The notes: generated from the letters alone by a model not told the origin. A stretch of 64,000 nt of DNA from Catajapyx aquilonaris (GCA_000934665.2 KZ538506.1:1-64000), one strand, 5' to 3'; positions 38,628 to 52,200 are shown, counted from the first letter of the stretch. Translations and numbers: made by a program.

Positions 38628-40422
38628 TCACGCCTCCTGCAAGAGTATGTTGGTGGCCACCTGTATGTCATTGCTTGCGCTCCTCAGTGCCACTACAACT
38701 CTGTCCCGTTCAAACCCCATCTCCACTAGAGTTTGCACTTGCTCTTCAGATGGCGGGGGCGTATCTGTCGTGTAGGGGCAAATTGTACAAAAGACGTTGA
38801 ATGCATGACGCTTCACCTACCTTCGTGGTTGTGGTTTCCTCTGTTACGTAGGAGGCCTCCAAGCAGGGTGCCATTGTGCTGCAGGTAGTTGTCGGCTGGA
38901 CCCCCAACCAGCCTCTCTGCATAGCCTTGCCCTTGCTGCTGCCGGCGGAACTCTCTGGCTCTCTGCAGCAACATCTGCTGCTCCAGTTGTTCTAGTTGCT
39001 GCTGCCTTTGAAGCTCCAGAGTTGCACCGATGGGTCCCTCTTGCGGAGCTCTCGACTGCATCACCCAGCCAAGTACCTTTGCACTCACTTTTGACACCAA
39101 TTGGGGCACTGCCAACCAGCGTCTGACCCATAGGGCATTGGTACGGTACACCAGGCCTGCCACCTGAAAACAAGAGGAGGGTACATTACATTGCCTTCCT
39201 TCCACCACGTACCACAACATACGCACTACAGTCTGTTAAGCTAAGGAATAACATGACTTCACGTTCAGCCCGCCTCTCATGTTCCTGAATCGCTCTGGAA
39301 GCATGCTACTGTGCATGCTCAGAAAACACAGCTGGTGTGACGTCATGTCATTCTTTGGCTTGTAGTAACTTACAATGCCGCAGATTCCAGAAATGGCTGT
39401 TGCGACAGATGTAGAGCAGACCTGGAGCCCCAGTAAATAGGTGAGTGTTTTTCCGGTCACAGGAACCCCCAGGATGTGCGTTTGCGCCACCCTGGGGATG
39501 TCGAAAAAGTAGTTTACGAACAGTGGGAAGATGAGGCCGTACGGTCCCTGGGGCATGATCCCGCCATTGTGGAAGTCAAACTGGAAATACTGGAGCATCC
39601 AGATGGTGGCCACCTCCAGAAGCGTGGCCACCGTGCATGTGGCCAGCAAGTAGGAAGCAAACTTATGCGACCCATACCGCCGCTCAAACACACGGAAGTA
39701 GTAGATCAACAGTGCGCCACACACCAAGTCCTTCGTGTCCAGGAAAGTTATGCGAGACGTGAACAGACGCCAAATCTGCCAATTTGGGAAGGAAACCATG
39801 TAATTGGTGCACGTCCCTACACTGTACGCTGCAAACCATTCAATGAGCATCACTAGTGAGACTCCCATGGCGCATCAATTTGTGATGCTCCTTTGTTGCT
39901 AAAAAGCATTACAATTTAATTTTCAATGCTCTGGTAATGCATCTTTGTTGCTAATAAGTATTAGTTTTAATAGTATTGTAATGCTTTTTTTGTTACTAAA
40001 AAGCATTACGAGAGCAGGTGCGTTTACATGTGAGCGATTTGATTGCGCGATATTATCACAGTGATGAATCCAATTGTTTGGAGCAAAATCACGGTAACAA
40101 TCGTAACTCGGGTTACTCAGAGATGTCATCGCTTGGCAATCAAATCGCTCACATGTTACTGCACCTTTTAAAATTGATGCTGCATGGGAGACAGCGATCC
40201 TGTTTGAACGGTTTGCGGTTTACAGTGTGTACGTGAAGGCTAGCGACGTACCTCCTTCTTGGAGAGTATGTCTGGTATCCTGCACATGAGGTACTTCCTG
40301 AGGTGCGCCAGGAGAGGCATGTTGATTGCCGTGCACGTCAGGAACATGCACCCCATCAGGCCTTTGGACACCGGGGCCTTGTAGAACCCAGTCGTGCTGT
40401 ACTGAGACAGTATCGCCGCCAT
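38628..40422 (-). CDS. UBAC2: Ubiquitin-associated domain-containing protein 2 (rhomboid pseudoprotease + UBA), 4 exons, 350 aa
   Basis: Exons 40422-40252, 39775-39374, 39163-38821, 38764-38628 (1053 nt). Motifs: GFYKAPVSK, IWRLFTSR, YYFRVFERRYGSHKFAS, YLLGLQ, GATLELQRQQ, UBA SEEQVQTLVEMGFERDRVVVALRSASNDIQVATNILL. Confidence 0.93.
39853..40010. mobile_element. Partial copy of the 33812-33966 MITE family in UBAC2 intron 1
   Basis: Left end gtgagactcccatgg.gcatcaatt followed by aatgct/agcatt repeats; right end not identified. Confidence 0.5.
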
Positions 40423-41273
40423 CCTCTCACCTCAATAATATCTCCCCCTCAAAAAATGCTCAAATCAAAACCCTGGAAAGTACCCCAAAAACATTGTTAG
40501 CACTGCCGACCGCATTGTTGCCCCCTCACCCGCCTACCTAGGGCTGCAGACAGCTCATTGCGGGCCACTTGCCCCTTTCCCTTCTCCGCAGAAGAAACCC
40601 CAGTTTCACAAGCAGAAGAACCTTTTCCTTTTTGTCCCCCAATCGCAACAGATTTTGCTCCGGTCATAATTCGCATCGCGTCTAAGCAAAGTCGCCGCTA
40701 GTTGCCCGGACCACTAGCGGCTACTACCCCTTGCAGTCCCCTCGATACAAAAATAGCGGTTAGTTCCGTCCCGAATGGCAGCGGAGAAAAAATTAATTGC
40801 AATTAAGACCAATTAATTTGCATGGGTTGGCTCCATGGTGGGCGAGACAAACCGCGATGTAATTAAAACCCGGCTCGGAGGTTGATTACGGGGCATAATT
40901 TTGAAGGGACATGCAGCGCCGCCCTGGTGGCAGGTTGGTGAACTGGAGTGACCTCCCCGCCCCACCCCACCGCGGCCACTCTTTTGAAACGTGGGCGCCA
41001 AAAATAGATTTCCTGCCCAGTTTCCTCACATGTTTTTTAGGGTGCTTGGCCCTCCTCCTACTTCGCCCGGTCCACATCCGTTCACACAAAAAAAGTACCC
41101 ACAGCCTCCTAGTCGCATCAAGCAAAAGGATCCCAGGTAAGGTGCTTCCCTCATTATTGTGGTCAATTAGACTCAATAGGGTGGGCACATGCAGTCAGTG
41201 CATGTGCAATCAATTGAATGCAAAAAAAAAAAATGGACCGATGACTCACACGGTAATGAAATTGTCAGCAGCA

Positions 41274-44200
41274 ATGCCGCCAGTGAAGAAGTGCCCGGGT
41301 CTCAGCCACCTGTGCTTGGAATGCCTGGTACGGAACCTGCTGCAGGTGTCTACACGTCCTGACCTTTTCCGGTTTCGATATGAGCTGCGTCGCCACCTGC
41401 TGACCACATATCCTCCCGTGGTCCGCGAGGAGATCCTCTCTCGAGCCTTGATACGCTACCCAGATACGGCAGCCGATCTGATGACCCTCCTGCTGGATAG
41501 CCACATTAGGCGGTTGAGCTATGCCTATCGCCTTCCCTGGGAGTGTGATCCCGAAGATGCGGATGGCAGGAAGCGTGTGGACGAGACCCACCGCAGGCAC
41601 AACAAGTTGTCTGTCCTGGACTGGCATGAGCTCCTCACCGTCCTGGCCAGGAGTAACGCAGTCGGTTTGGAGACCTTGGTGGTCAGCGCATGGCTTGATC
41701 CACTAAGGGACTTCTCCCTGCTGCCTAGGATCAACACCCCATACCTTGGGTTTGTCAGCAGGATGAAGAATCTTAGAGAGGTAGAGTATTTGCCAACCTT
41801 CCTAAGACAAAAGAAAAGAAGCTTCATCTTTTGTTCACAACTTAGACTAATCAACAACAATCCTGATATTAAGAGAGGTCATGAAACAGCAAAACAAGCG
41901 GAAGCCTACAAAATATTTTTTTGGCTGGATACTACAACCTTGGAAATTGGGGCTGTGTATCGAAAAAAAATCCCAAAATAAACTGTTTTTGCTCTCTTGT
42001 CTAAATCCATTAGCCATGACATCTTGGCACTTCAGTGGGGTCAACGGTGCCAATGAATAGAAACGACCACTCCTGCAATTTTAGAAATGTTAAATGAGGG
42101 GTGTACGTGGTAGCGTCCTTGGCCAGAACTCGCAGTAATTTTTAGTGATGATCCAATAAGGGTGCTTACTGAAAAACAATACAGATTATTATTAGCATTA
42201 AGCGAATTCTAGTCCGCATGTAGCAAGTACAATCTGCGAAGAGAATCCTGCCAGAATAAGCTATCTTGCAAACCGATCGCAAAACCATGGTGGCATCCAA
42301 AGCCCAATATAGTCCAAGGGTTGGTTTTTCCTGGCTGCATCAGCACTGGGAAAAACCCAGAGAAACCAAACTTAGTCCATTGTCTTTAGCTACCACATCC
42401 AAAATAAAGCCACTGAATCTTTAAATCTGAATGAGTGTCAAACCTAAGCCTTCCGCTCCCCAACAACTAGTCAGCAACATGTGTGTTCCACCGCCACACA
42501 TTTAATGTATCACACACACGTTTTTTCCCTCCAGATTGTTCTTCAAGGTATGGCAGACAACAAGCTCCTGCTGGTGCTGGGTCAATGCTGCCCAGGTCTA
42601 GTGTGCGTGGATGTGACCCGTTCCTGGGGAGTTGATGACCAAGGAGTGTTCAGCCTCTGCCTCAACAATGGAGCCCTCCCTCCTCCCGACATTCCCCCCA
42701 GCAAATGGCCTCTCAACAGGTGCTGTCAGACCTTGGAGCGAGTCTGCATCCAGGACACCTGTGTTGGAGCCAAGGGTGTGCGGGTTCTGCTTCTTTCCCT
42801 GCCGCGACTGCAGTCGCTGGGAGGGTTCATCTACTACAGCAGCGTCGGAAGTGTAGTGCAGGATGCCAGCACGGAGGGAGCAGGAAATGAGGGAGGCGTG
42901 ACCTTTGAGCTGGAAGACCTGTGGGACACAGACATCCCAGTGTCCAAAGCAGCTCAACTGGCCTGCGCACTGCCCAAAGTACATCCCAACAGGATCTCTA
43001 ATCACAACCCTGACTAACTTCCTTCCATCCATTTTAACGGTACAGTAGCATCAAGTTGTGGAAGTCTCGTAACCCCCATGCACACAAGCTGTAGGTTACT
43101 GGCTTAGTACCAACTCTCCACAGACAATGGCCTCTAAGATATGTAAATAGACTCTCGCTGCCAGAATTGACGCCATGACTTGCAGGAATAATCCGCTGCT
43201 TATTAGCTGGAAGAGGTATTTTTAAAAGATGTAATTAGTTGCACAATTAGGCGGAGGATCATAAAATATCAGGATTCCTTGTAAGCTCCATTACTTGTAT
43301 TCAATGTAGGCTATACAATATTTCCACGCATCAGGAGAACTCACAGGGGTGCTTATAAAAAAGGAATAACTTCAAGCTGTGTACATAAACTGATCTCGCA
43401 AGTTGCATTACACACTTTAATTGTGTAAGCAGCGGCTGACATTGAATGATCCCTCCTGCATGGTGAAATGGGTTTATTTATGCAACTGGCAAGTTTCTCT
43501 AAACACTGAATGAACTCACGCTTGGCACCTGTGAAACTGTAAAATGCAATCCACATAATTACTAATTACTACCTAACAATAATCCTTGCACCTTGACCAG
43601 AATTCCTGGTAGTTGACAAATCCAACTCTTGGATTCGTCTAAATAAACAGATGTTCTGAGAGCCTGTTAATTGGGTGTTGGCAAATCTGGCCTCACGCCA
43701 TTAATGAGGCAATTTACAGTTTGGTGCTCTCTGATCTTTTGCCAATCCCAACACACTGGACTTTTTCCAGGTGAAAGAGCTGTACACGTGTGGGGAGCAC
43801 GTGGAAAGTGCTTCTCTATTCACCAAGATGACCCGTCTGACTGTTGATCTTGACTTTCGTGACTGGCGGGATCCACTGGAGTCATACCTTACAACATGTG
43901 GGTCCGCACTGACTCATCTAGAACTGCGAGATCAGAACCACCCTTTGGACCTTCGTGTGGTGGGTTCATCTTGCCCTTCCCTGAGACGCCTTGTGTCAAA
44001 GCTGGAAGGTGGCTGGGATCCAGAAACTGATGAAGGATTGCTGCTGCCAGGGCTTGCGAGCTGCTTCGTTGGTTTCCAGTCACCAGAAACCATGGTCGAC
44101 TTCCTGAGCTACACACAAGGCTTGCAGCATGCAGACATATGCATGCTGGAGGTAAGAAATCTTTATCAGTGGACATTTGATGTGCATGCCTATACTACGG

Positions 44201-44550
44201 CAATGGAGCAACTCTGTAATATTTTCCAGACTGATCCATTTCGCCCAGCAACTTCCCAGATTGACGACACCCACCTGTCACTGGTACTGTCACGTGAGGG
44301 TCTTCGTAACTTGTGCTCATTCTCGCTCCGAAGTCCAGAGTTGCTCAGCCTCTTCACTCTACGTGCTCTCCTTCACTCCTGCCCAAATCTGCGCTTCGTA
44401 GGCCACTTGCAAAACTGGGGGCTGCTTGAATCTTCCGAGATTGCCAGCTTGGAAAAAGAGGCAGCATCGCACAATTGGGACTTCATCTTCTGGGAGACAT
44501 CGGCCGACCTACCCTTCCCCAAGCGAGTTCCTATTTCCAACCGTATGTGA
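41274..44550 (+). CDS. Uncharacterised leucine-rich-repeat (RNI-like/LRR_CC) protein with N-terminal BC-box-like motif, 4 coding exons, ~550 aa
   Basis: Exons 41274-41780, 42535-42978, 43771-44151, 44230-44550 (1653 nt, all phase 0); probable 5' UTR donor CAG|GTAAGG at ~41137. LRR motifs: LGQCCPGLVCVDVT, LERVCIQDTCV, LPRLQSLG, CPSLRRL, LLHSCPNLRFVG. N-terminus MPPVKKCPGLSHLCLECL. Confidence 0.8.
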
Positions 44551-44778
44551 AAAGTTTCAATACATTACATCCTCATTTTATCAGGGCATTTCTGGCGTGT
44601 AATAAAAATAATACCCTTTTGTACTGTGACAGTGGTGAACTTCAATTGCACGAAAGCATTTCCCTGAAAGACCTGGGTTTTAAAAAAAAAACCTCTGCTG
44701 ATCATAAGGATGGGGAAACATTTATTAATCATTCTGATACCAGATATTTAAGTGGTCACACACAAAATTAGGACATAA

Positions 44779-47700
44779 TTAATCCTCAGTGTACTCAAAT
44801 GGCTCGGGAGGTTCTGGTTCATCCTCTTCCTCCGTCTTGGGTCCAAAGGCAGACACAGGCTCTACAAGTTCTTCAGGTTGTTCAGGCTTTGTGTCACGAA
44901 CCAGGATGATTCCACCAATGGTGACATCTTTGAGAGGTGTGTACTTGCAGGCTTCAGCAAGCTGAACAACTTTCAGCTGGGTAAAAAAATAGAGAAATTT
45001 ATCTTCATTACACAAGCTCATTATTTATTCAGATTGGTAGGCATGTTCCATGAATAACTGCAGTAACTTGTTGACAACAGGCCTGAAAAATTCCAGTATC
45101 TGCCCTACCTGCGTAACAATTCATGTAATATTATCAGTCCCTCATTTTCAGTAAATCTCCATCACCCATTTACAGAGAAAATTGCTATGGGAATAATTGG
45201 AGGGCAGACTGAAATAATTTCTGTTCAATTCTCAGAAAATGCTGAGTGCATATGACAAATTCACTTTCCTAATGCATGGTGCTTATATTATCAAGGGACT
45301 TGCATAACAGTGCATTGGGAAAAAATGTACTTTCGCCTAACTGGGCTGTGTGTTCCATGACACAAGTTCAACATGGCAAAGGCACGTTTCCGTTGAAATG
45401 TGTAAATAATTTTACACAGCAAATGTATACACAGCAGCAGTTCCCATTATTAGAATCATATAGGCCATGCTTGTTTCTGCCTACCAGGTCCGGCTAATGG
45501 GATCCTTTGTGGAATAAATCTCTAAATTGACCTGCAACACACCGAATCAGTTATTATATGAACGTTAATATTAGTGTGCGAAAAATGAGAGAATTTTGAA
45601 TATAATTATACTGTTAAACAGTCTCAATATTTTAGTCCATAATAAATTAGAAAAGAAAACATGTGCCTTCCTCCCCCTCTGTTGCTATAAACTTGTAGCA
45701 AAATAATTTATTCTCAAAAGGATTCAAAAAAGTGGACATCAAAATGGATTAAAAAGAAAACACTCTGTGTGTACCTATATACACCACCAGGGCAAGCATA
45801 CCACCCCCTGACACATCACTGATTATCACCTACTGTCACCAAAGGCTGTGAAAGACCACAGTGACACAGATATACCGTGCGTTCATACTGAGGGTTTTGT
45901 AGTGTTTATCAGATTATCCTCTTATTGGATTTGGGCTGCTTATTATTAAACAGTCATTTCAAACACGTTATTTTAAGGTATCTAAAAAATATTAGCTGCT
46001 AATATTAGATCTGAATTTGATCATCTAACCAAGCTCCAAATGGCCAAAAATGGCATGTGACGCTCTGCCATACCTCCCCCTCCGGGACATGATGTGACTC
46101 AAGACGTTCCCGAAGCTGCACGTACAACTGACCAAGCATGGCCACTAGACACTCTACAATTTCCATCCCCTCTACACTTTGTTCAGCAAAATATCTACTG
46201 TTTACCTAGTTACCTAAACAACGCCCAGACTGTCATGGTTTTCACCAGACCCCTGCAACTAGCTCTTTTTTCCCGTGCTCTTAGCTGGTCCGCTATCACC
46301 AGATGTTGAGAATACCCGGATGTGGAGCCCTGTATCAAAACGCATTCGGGGGGATGTCTCTGAACCGTTCTGAGCCTACCTATATTGTCAACTCCCATCA
46401 GCCCCAGTTTGCAGATCCACCGCACCAGCCACCCAAACGCAGGTATGGCGGTTTTTGTCACTATCGGTTATTATGTATAGAAATTATAATTTGCTTTGAT
46501 TGGGAGTTAAGTATTAATGGTAGATATGTCGTTATGACATTGTTGATTGATTGGTCCAAATCGCATTCAGATAGTTGGATCTGCAAACGTGGGCTGATGG
46601 GAGTTGACAATATAGGTAGGTTAGGTTCAGAAACGTCCGCCAGAATGCGTTTTGATACATGGCTCCGCATCCGGTATTCAGACTCTACATCCGGGGATAG
46701 CGGACGAGCTAAGCGCACGGCCTTCCCCGAATGGCTAGATAGGAAGTTTCAGGGGGCTGGTTTTCACTGTGTTTACTTACATTGTGGGCATACAGTACAA
46801 GTCAAATCCACCAAGTTTTGACAGTTTTGAGTTACTTAGGCTATACCTGTAGTGGCCCAGTTAGCCACACTGTTATTGTCTTAGCAACAATAGCTGGGGA
46901 GAGTGTACAGCACATAGTTATGACGTATGCCAGTCTCCATCTCTAATGTAGGGAAAACGAGAGAACGATCTGACATCAAGGTTACTTCCATTGTTGCTTT
47001 TTGTTGACAGTGTTTACTCATATTGTTCTGTGAGGATATTTCCAGGGAAACATTGATGACATCAGATCGTTCTCTCACTTTCCGTACATTAGAATAAAGC
47101 ATGGAATGAAAGTCTACGAATCAGAAGGAATCTATGCCTCGGTCCATCACGTTCCCTGCTGGTGGCAGTGGTCCACTTCATACCACTAAAAGTAGCATTT
47201 TTCTGCACTATGGCCTGATGGGAACCCATTTAGTCACAATGAGCCAGAAAGCCAGGATTTTCTGTCTTCACTAGCATGTAAGCTAAGGACTATCTTGAAA
47301 CTGATTTTATTTTTTAACTTTGTGCATTTAACACAATATAGGGTGACCGTAAAGCAAGTTGTGTTGTTGGTCTCCAGGACACCAATATAGTCAACAACAA
47401 TAGAATATTATTACCTATGTGTCCTAACTTTACGGTCACCCTGTACATTCTCTATTGCTATTGGTTTGTACCTGCTGCTTCATGATTCGAGCAGGGTTGC
47501 TCAAGATCTCAAAGTTGGGCTCGTCCTTCTTCTCCTCTTTCTTGGCCGTCTCCTCCTTCTTGGCCGTGTCCTCCTTCTTGGATGCCTCCTCCTCCTTACC
47601 ACCTTTCCCTTTACCAGCTGCGGCATCCTCCTTCACCTTCTTCTCCTTATCATCCTTCTTCTCCTCCTCCTTCTTCTCCTTCCCCTCATCCTTCTTCTCC

Positions 47701-49172
47701 TCATCCTGTAAAGAAAAAATGCAGGTCAGTGTCAGATGATGCAAATGCCATTTCATAATGGGGTCGAGAAGGTGCGACGCTAAGAATGCTCGAATCAGGA
47801 AAATCGTCCTATGAAAAATTCTGCTCATCACCCCTTGTCGGAAGTCCCCCACCGTCATTAGCGCACATTCTGCAGTATTCCAGGTGACGCCCCCCCCCCC
47901 CCNCACCCCAACCACCCACCGATGGAGACTTTGCATATTCCGCTCTCATTTCCAGTCTGAGCTCGTTCCTCAAAGCCACTCAACATATGCGCCATTGCAA
48001 ACCGGTTATTTGCATGTCGCTTGGTACCTCATTTTTCCATATGCCACACTGTCCATCTTTCTGCAAATCTGCATTATGTACCGACAGAGCTGCCATTTTT
48101 GCCTGGGTCAATTATGAGAGTCCTTTGAGGAATTTCGCCCCATGGATAATTACCAATCCGTGCGATTTTTATTACAAAAAAAATCTAGGTCGAACCCACA
48201 TTAAGGGGAGGCAAAACCAGGGTAATCTAATCGCACGGTTCGGTCCACGTCATTAATTAATGACTCTGGGGCTGCTCCCTCAGGAAGTACAGCCGCTCAA
48301 AAGTATCAACATTTTTGCAACATTGCAATTAAATCAGACGGTTCTCCTTCAAAATTAAAGCCCATCTGTCTCTCTCTCGAGTGTTTCTTCATCACGATTC
48401 TGTAGATCAAATTCGTCGCCCGCTGTCGCTTTTGGTGACAGATTTTCGTCCATGAAGTCGCAGCTGCTGTAGCTCAGCAACAATGCCGTCCTCGCCAGTT
48501 CATATCTCAAAAAAAAATTATAGGTCACACTGGTGTCAACCGGCTTTGCTTTTGATGCACACAAAACGCCCATTTTTTCCCCCCAACAACAATGTCCGGA
48601 TAAACCCAGATAAACCGGACACCCGTCATAATCTCGGGCTACTGGTCAGCCGATACCTGGGGGCCTCAGGGTCGCCACATTTGATGGGAAGACAAACGAC
48701 GGCCGCTCAATCAACGGGGGCGGTAATGAGCAGGGCAGACCCAGAGAAGAGTAAATCAATCAGCTAATGGAGAGAGAGGACCCACCCACTTCTCCTCTGG
48801 CGCCTACGCACACACACACAAAAAAAGGGGGGGAATATGTCCGAAGGTGAATCCGGGCACAGGACGTGAGGGCCACTGACCACCGGATAATACCTTCGAA
48901 CCCTATGGGCAGATCCATTTCCAATAATTCCGGTTACAATGGGATTTTGCAAGCGCCATTTTGATGGAGGATTTTTTTTTTTGTCCCTAGCTTACCACAT
49001 CCATCTTTTCCTCACGGCCTCTCCTTTCAGCCTCCTTCCTCTTGGCCTTGGCGGTGATGGACAACACAGCAGTGGTCACCTTCTCACGTTCCTCCTTCTT
49101 CTTCTCCTCCATTGCAGGAGGGTACCCATAAGTCGATGGCTTCGCATTAGAACGGAACTCCAACTTCGGCAT
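44779..49172 (-). CDS. PSMD1: 26S proteasome non-ATPase regulatory subunit 1 (Rpn2), last three exons; the 5' part was not found in the window
   Basis: Exons 49172-48996, 47705-47472, 44976-44779 (all phase 0). Motifs: [55 protein letters not shown]-terminal [10 protein letters not shown]. Confidence 0.95.
46273..46720. mobile_element. MITE / fold-back element with ~145-bp TIRs
   Basis: ccgtgctcttagctggtccgctatc...cctacctatattgtcaactcccatcagccc pairs with gggctgatgggagttgacaatataggtagg...gatagcggacgagctaagcgcacgg. Confidence 0.85.
46942..47093. mobile_element. MITE with ~35-bp TIRs
   Basis: tctaatgtagggaaaacgagagaacgatctga / tcagatcgttctctcactttccgtacattaga; a second copy lies at 33009-33135. 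Confidence 0.8.
47339..47443. mobile_element. Small Tc1/mariner-type MITE (TA-flanked)
   Basis: TIRs agggtgaccgtaaag / ctttacggtcaccct with TA on each side; ends ~28 nt from a PSMD1 donor site. Confidence 0.7.
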
Positions 49173-49224
49173 CTGGAAAACCACAATGAACGTAATGAGA
49201 ACAATCCTTTTTTTGTTTGTTGCA

Positions 49225-49294
49225 GCAGAGTTAGCTGTGTGGTAACACATCCGACTCTCAATCGGGAGATGCGGGTTCAAATCCCGTTCATCAG
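49225..49294 (+). pseudogene. tRNA-Glu(CTC)-like pseudogene or tRNA-derived SINE head
   Basis: A-box tagctgtgtggt; anticodon arm tccga-ctCTCaa-tcggg; T-arm gcggg-ttcaaat-cccgt. The acceptor stem does not pair. Confidence 0.55.
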
Positions 49295-52200
49295 AAAAAA
49301 ATTCATTTTTGTTTTAAGAAAAAAAAACTGTTACAATTGTTTATTATCTGGAGGTGAAGTCAATTACAGAGACGCGAATGTCCCACACGACTTCTTGAAT
49401 AACCCCCAAAGAATGACAACGTAATTACACCCATTGCATAATAGAAGCCCCTCTACAAAAAAAACCCCGGAGAGAACCATACTCCAGCCATTATTCAGGC
49501 CACTATATATACTTTGGACAATTTTTGTTCTTGTCCCCCATAAATGTTGGAATAGAGCCAAGTGGGCTCTAGACCCTGGGCCGTTACTGCAGTCGCAGGC
49601 TGTAAGCGGATTAGTGCAACGAGATTAGTGGCAACTGCATGGGGCTCTCCTTGTGCATATAGGTGTGCGGTCAAGTTGGTCAGCTGCCCTCCCCCCCCAA
49701 AATTGGGAAGAGAGGAGGAAGCCATCCAGAATAAAGGATACTGTAACAGACTCGATTGTGATGCTAAAGATGGCTGGAACAATATATATTCATTGTACTT
49801 TGGGTTCATCCCAATTAAGCCAGGGTCGGGGCTCTTGAGAGGGACGAATTAACTAACAGGAATTAAACTGATTCAGGAGTTTAGCTCGACTTCTGCACTT
49901 TGCATCGTAAGGACTCCAGGGAGTTTACCACTATGCTTTAAATGTATGTACATTAAATTTTTTTCGTCGAGTTGATCACTTCCGCTAATTACTCTAACTG
50001 CATCAGCACTCAATATTTCATTAGAAAGCATAATTCAACGTGCATACTGATTTGCTGCGTACCATCCACCCACCCCCCCAAAAAAATTCAGTTATGGATT
50101 TCACTAGACACATATACCACTGCAGACTGCCGTATTTACCACACCATAATTTAACCCCCTAAAACAATATTAGACTAACGAACTAATCGATCAGCAATCG
50201 CTCAACATCCTAATTGAGGCCAATGCTTTGTCGACATTTTTCTTTTAGCCAAGTTACTAAGATATCGAGTAACTCCATGCCTCAAAAAGTTATAACCCAG
50301 CAACCCAGAAACTGCACAAGTGACGTCAGGAAAGAGGCGGGCGCACGGGTAGCAAAGAAGAGGCCGAAATCACCCCATTGCACAGCATTGATTCTTGTAG
50401 AATGGGCTGGCTGGAAGCTGCGTTCCAACGATTTCGTACGTTGGGGGTGATCCTAGAAACGGAAACTCGGAGGATTCCTTCCCAAGAAGAAATGTTCGCC
50501 TGCAAAATGCCAGGAAAAAAACCCCACCCGGAAGAAAAATAAATCCCCACGCTCTCTCGCCTGCTTCTGACAGTTTATGCATTTCTTAGGGGAATAGTTG
50601 CTAACCCCGGTTGTAGAAAGTGATCCTGCCATTTTTCACTTCGACATTTTCTACCGCTGCTGTGTAAGGCAATGAGATATACCAACCCGCGTCTGCGTAC
50701 TGTTACAAAAAAAAATAAAAAATCAGCACTTCGCTCCCCCAAGAAAATCCCGGTAATACAGTTACGCAAATGCTTATTTTCTAAGCAATAACAGGTGCCA
50801 GACTGGCGAAGCAGAATCTGCCAACCGCTATCTCCAAATACGAAAATTGATGGCGAAGAGATTGGGACACGATAAAGGAAGAGCCCTCATATGAATCTCA
50901 AATACAAGAATCCTTTAGCCGTGCAGAAGAATACAGAAGAAAAAGAGGTTTCCCTTTGAGGCAGGTTCAGAACAATCTCTTTTCGAAAAAAAAAAAACCC
51001 CCTTTCTTCCGATACAATTTTGGAAACGTGCAGGTCACCATAAAACTGCGCTTAAGATGTAGCTAAAATCTCGGCATGGGGCCAGAACTAATTAATTTGT
51101 TCACAGGGAGGGGGTTCTTGATTGTAAGTGATAAAGTGCCTTCCGACTCAATTATACTACAGAATTTTCTTCGGCTGATCTTCCAGTTTTCTCCCATTCA
51201 TAAATCTCCAGACCTCCCAGTAAAATTATTGCCTGGCCGTATAACCTTGCCAACTGCGATATAATTTAAAAGGAACCGCATTTCAAACTTTACTTTTTTG
51301 ACATTCAGAACTGAATATACGAACCAATTTGTACATCTAGTTTGAAATATAGCTTCGAGGATAAAACCTTGTTGCATTTCTATATATCCTGGCCCAGCAA
51401 TTGTGCGCGTCAGAAAATTCGGACAAAGGCCTCTCGTTATGCAAAAATGAAGAAAGAAAAAGGTGCGCTTGTCTCTCATCCAGTCCAATATCAAGGGGTT
51501 CTTAGTATTCCGACTAAGAGGCACAGCAGGAATTTCTTTATTGGGCCGCCTTGCTGGGCAGCTGTTGGCAACTCCATATACGTATTAGATGAAAAAATTC
51601 GTGCAAATAATCCTCGCTTTTCGCAATACCCTTTTTTTTTTTGGAGCAACAATCCGAACAATGTCTATGGGTACTTTGCTCACAAAGAGGCGCATGTGCA
51701 TCATGGATCACAGAAGAGGCAGACTTCCGTCTCTCCTAAGTGTCCTCTCATTTAGTACGGGCACTTATACCCCCATCCCATTGAATTTGACGTGCATGAT
51801 ATCCGGTCCCCTAGGAGTCGACCAGGCTGCACTATGGAATAATAGGGGGCTACCCAGTTGCCTATTTCCATGGGCAGTTAATTTTCCATGTCGTGTGCAG
51901 CAGAACAGACAAAAGGGGTTTGAGCAGAAGGGGGAACAAGAGCTCGAAATGAAAGCCAAATTGGGAAACTTTGTGCCCGTGCATCAGGCATGCCTACTCA
52001 GCTTACTATCGATAGGACACCTTCCATACACCCGACAACTTTCACGGCCATTACTCGTCCTATAGTGTTCCACAGTAAACTGCGGTGAGGGTCGATGGGG
52101 AGGGGCTCCCTAGTTTTAAGCAGTGACATAAAACCTGGGGGGGTTAACACGAGCTTTACTCTGCAAACAAATCCTTTCGAGATACCGGTAACAGAAAATA

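Noticed and set aside
40911..41273. N-terminal 121 codons of the 356-aa ORF
   Set aside because: Spans promoter/UTR and an intron (donor ~41137, acceptor ~41268-41271); the family-like start is the ATG at 41274.
46210..46821. ORFs sharing [15 protein letters not shown] on both strands
   Set aside because: Products of the fold-back element at 46273-46720.
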